The translations under genes and the position numbers were made by a program. From a virus (lineage: Duplodnaviria > Caudoviricetes): a DNA stretch of 28,976 nucleotides. Location of the stretch: IMG/VR virus record IMGVR_UViG_3300020549_000023, positions 1-28,976 of that record; one strand, written 5' to 3'. Below the pieces are notes generated by a model that worked only from the letters and a program-made list of their open reading frames with translations, did not search any database and was not told the origin of the DNA. This document shows, in pieces, positions 27,858 to 28,976 of this stretch. The stretch's first letter is position 1. Each line of letters begins with the position of its first letter.

Positions 27858-28976
27858 ATGTCATTTGAATATAAAAATCCTTTATCGCCAGCACAATTAG
27901 GTGGAACACAAAGTGTTGCTAGAACTGTCCCATTTGGAACTAATTTTTCGGTATTAAATGTAGGGGGTTACATGGAGGTTTATTATTTAAGAGACCTTGA
28001 ATTAATTCTTACCGCTACAACATACCCATCACAAATTCAATTATCCGCTAATACAATACCAATTAACTTTACTAAAGGTACTGGTTCGGTATTTTCACCT
28101 GATGGTATAAGTTTAAATTCGGACAACATTTCTACAGGTAGGAGAAGATTGGGTATGCAAGTTTATGTTCAAGAAACCGATACCGTTTATCAATACACAA
28201 TACCTAATTATGAATTTTTGTGGAATTCATTGTCAGGACTTACAGGTAATTCAGCAAAAACTCAAACAGAATATTCAACTACGGTTAATAATCGTTCTCA
28301 AGCGGGTAGAGATTTCATTAACGCTTGGACTGGTTCGACAATTGAAGGGTATAATGATACAAGAGAAAATGCTCGATGGAGAATATTTTATGGTACAGAT
28401 ACTCAAATTACAGGTGGAACTTATTATTCTGGGACATCTCAATTAGATTTATTTAATAATACTGGTGGTACAATAACAATTACAGGTTTAACCGCACCAA
28501 TTACAGGTGGAACTTATGATGGTGGTAACCAAACTTTAACTCTAACCAATTCTCTTGGTGAGGATATTCAAGTAACTGGATTTACATCAGGTGGAGGAGG
28601 TAGTCCTCTTAGTGTTGGAGATGGTACAACAACTGTTGCCAATGTCACAGGTATGACATTTTCAGGTGCTTCAGTTATTGATAATGGAAACGGAAATGTA
28701 ATTATTGAATTTACGGGTGGAACGGGAACATCAGGAACTAGTGGTACTTCAGGTTTAAGTGGAGTTGATGGTACATCAGGTTCATCAGGAACTAGCGGTA
28801 CGGATGGAACTAGCGGTTCTTCAGGAACTTCAGGATCAAGTGGTACGGATGGAACTAGCGGTTCTTCAGGTACTTCAGGTTCTTCAGGAACAGATGGTAC
28901 ATCAGGTTCAAGCGGTATAGATGGAACTAGTGGAAGCTCAGGTACAGATGGTTCTTCAGGAACTTCAGGATCAAGT
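27858..28976 (+). CDS. Collagen-like (Gly-X-Y) fibre protein, 3'-truncated; absent from the ORF track
   Basis: ATG 27858 opens a frame with no stop to the window end (373 codons): MSFEYKNPLSPAQLGG...RRLGMQVYVQETDTVYQ...ITGGTY twice, then GXY repeats. Confidence 0.85.
   Translation, partial: MSFEYKNPLSPAQLGGTQSVARTVPFGTNFSVLNVGGYMEVYYLRDLELILTATTYPSQIQLSANTIPINFTKGTGSVFSPDGISLNSDNISTGRRRLGMQVYVQETDTVYQYTIPNYEFLWNSLSGLTGNSAKTQTEYSTTVNNRSQAGRDFINAWTGSTIEGYNDTRENARWRIFYGTDTQITGGTYYSGTSQLDLFNNTGGTITITGLTAPITGGTYDGGNQTLTLTNSLGEDIQVTGFTSGGGGSPLSVGDGTTTVANVTGMTFSGASVIDNGNGNVIIEFTGGTGTSGTSGTSGLSGVDGTSGSSGTSGTDGTSGSSGTSGSSGTDGTSGSSGTSGSSGTDGTSGSSGIDGTSGSSGTDGSSGTSGSS
28725..28976 (+). repeat. 28 uninterrupted Gly-X-Y triplets (mostly GTS/GSS/GTD)
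   Basis: 9-nt periodicity. GGTACGGATGGAACTAGCGGTTCTTCAGG occurs twice, 45 nt apart. The repeat continues past the window. Confidence 0.92.

Noticed and set aside
28165-28446. Listed 93-aa ORF
   Set aside because: Out-of-frame shadow inside the real 27858..>28976 gene.
27049-28976. Repeats considered as CRISPR array or non-coding VNTR
   Set aside because: Periods are multiples of three with synonymous variation and no unique spacers, so they are coding repeats.
1-28976. Stop-codon reassignment
   Set aside because: Standard code 11 gives full-length, densely packed genes, and TAG terminates the recombinase normally.

Overview
AT-rich segment of a large tailed dsDNA phage genome (myovirus type), with every credible gene on the + strand. 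The left part (1-7340) is a T4-like replication/recombination module: gp32-like SSB, RecA/UvsX, 5'-3' exonuclease, a hypothetical protein, DnaB-like helicase and a class II (B12-dependent) ribonucleotide reductase. A free-standing GIY-YIG homing endonuclease and a small DUF5522-like Cys protein follow. From 8372 to the end is a tightly coupled baseplate/tail structural operon: gp25-like, gp6/J-like, a 1760-aa protein with a central membrane-like segment, a gp7/gpI-like wedge candidate, an SprB-repeat protein, a PT-linker protein and a truncated Gly-X-Y fibre. An HNH endonuclease interrupts this operon. SprB repeats, A-rich starts without Shine-Dalgarno motifs and a TTTG-N20-TATATTTA promoter suggest a Bacteroidota host (inference). 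The main unexplained signals are a strongly over-represented [S/T]-[G/A]-x-T peptide motif in the putative virion proteins (a candidate modification sequon) and a recurring TATTTA(TA) motif upstream of genes. All calls come from motif recognition by eye; no searches were run.
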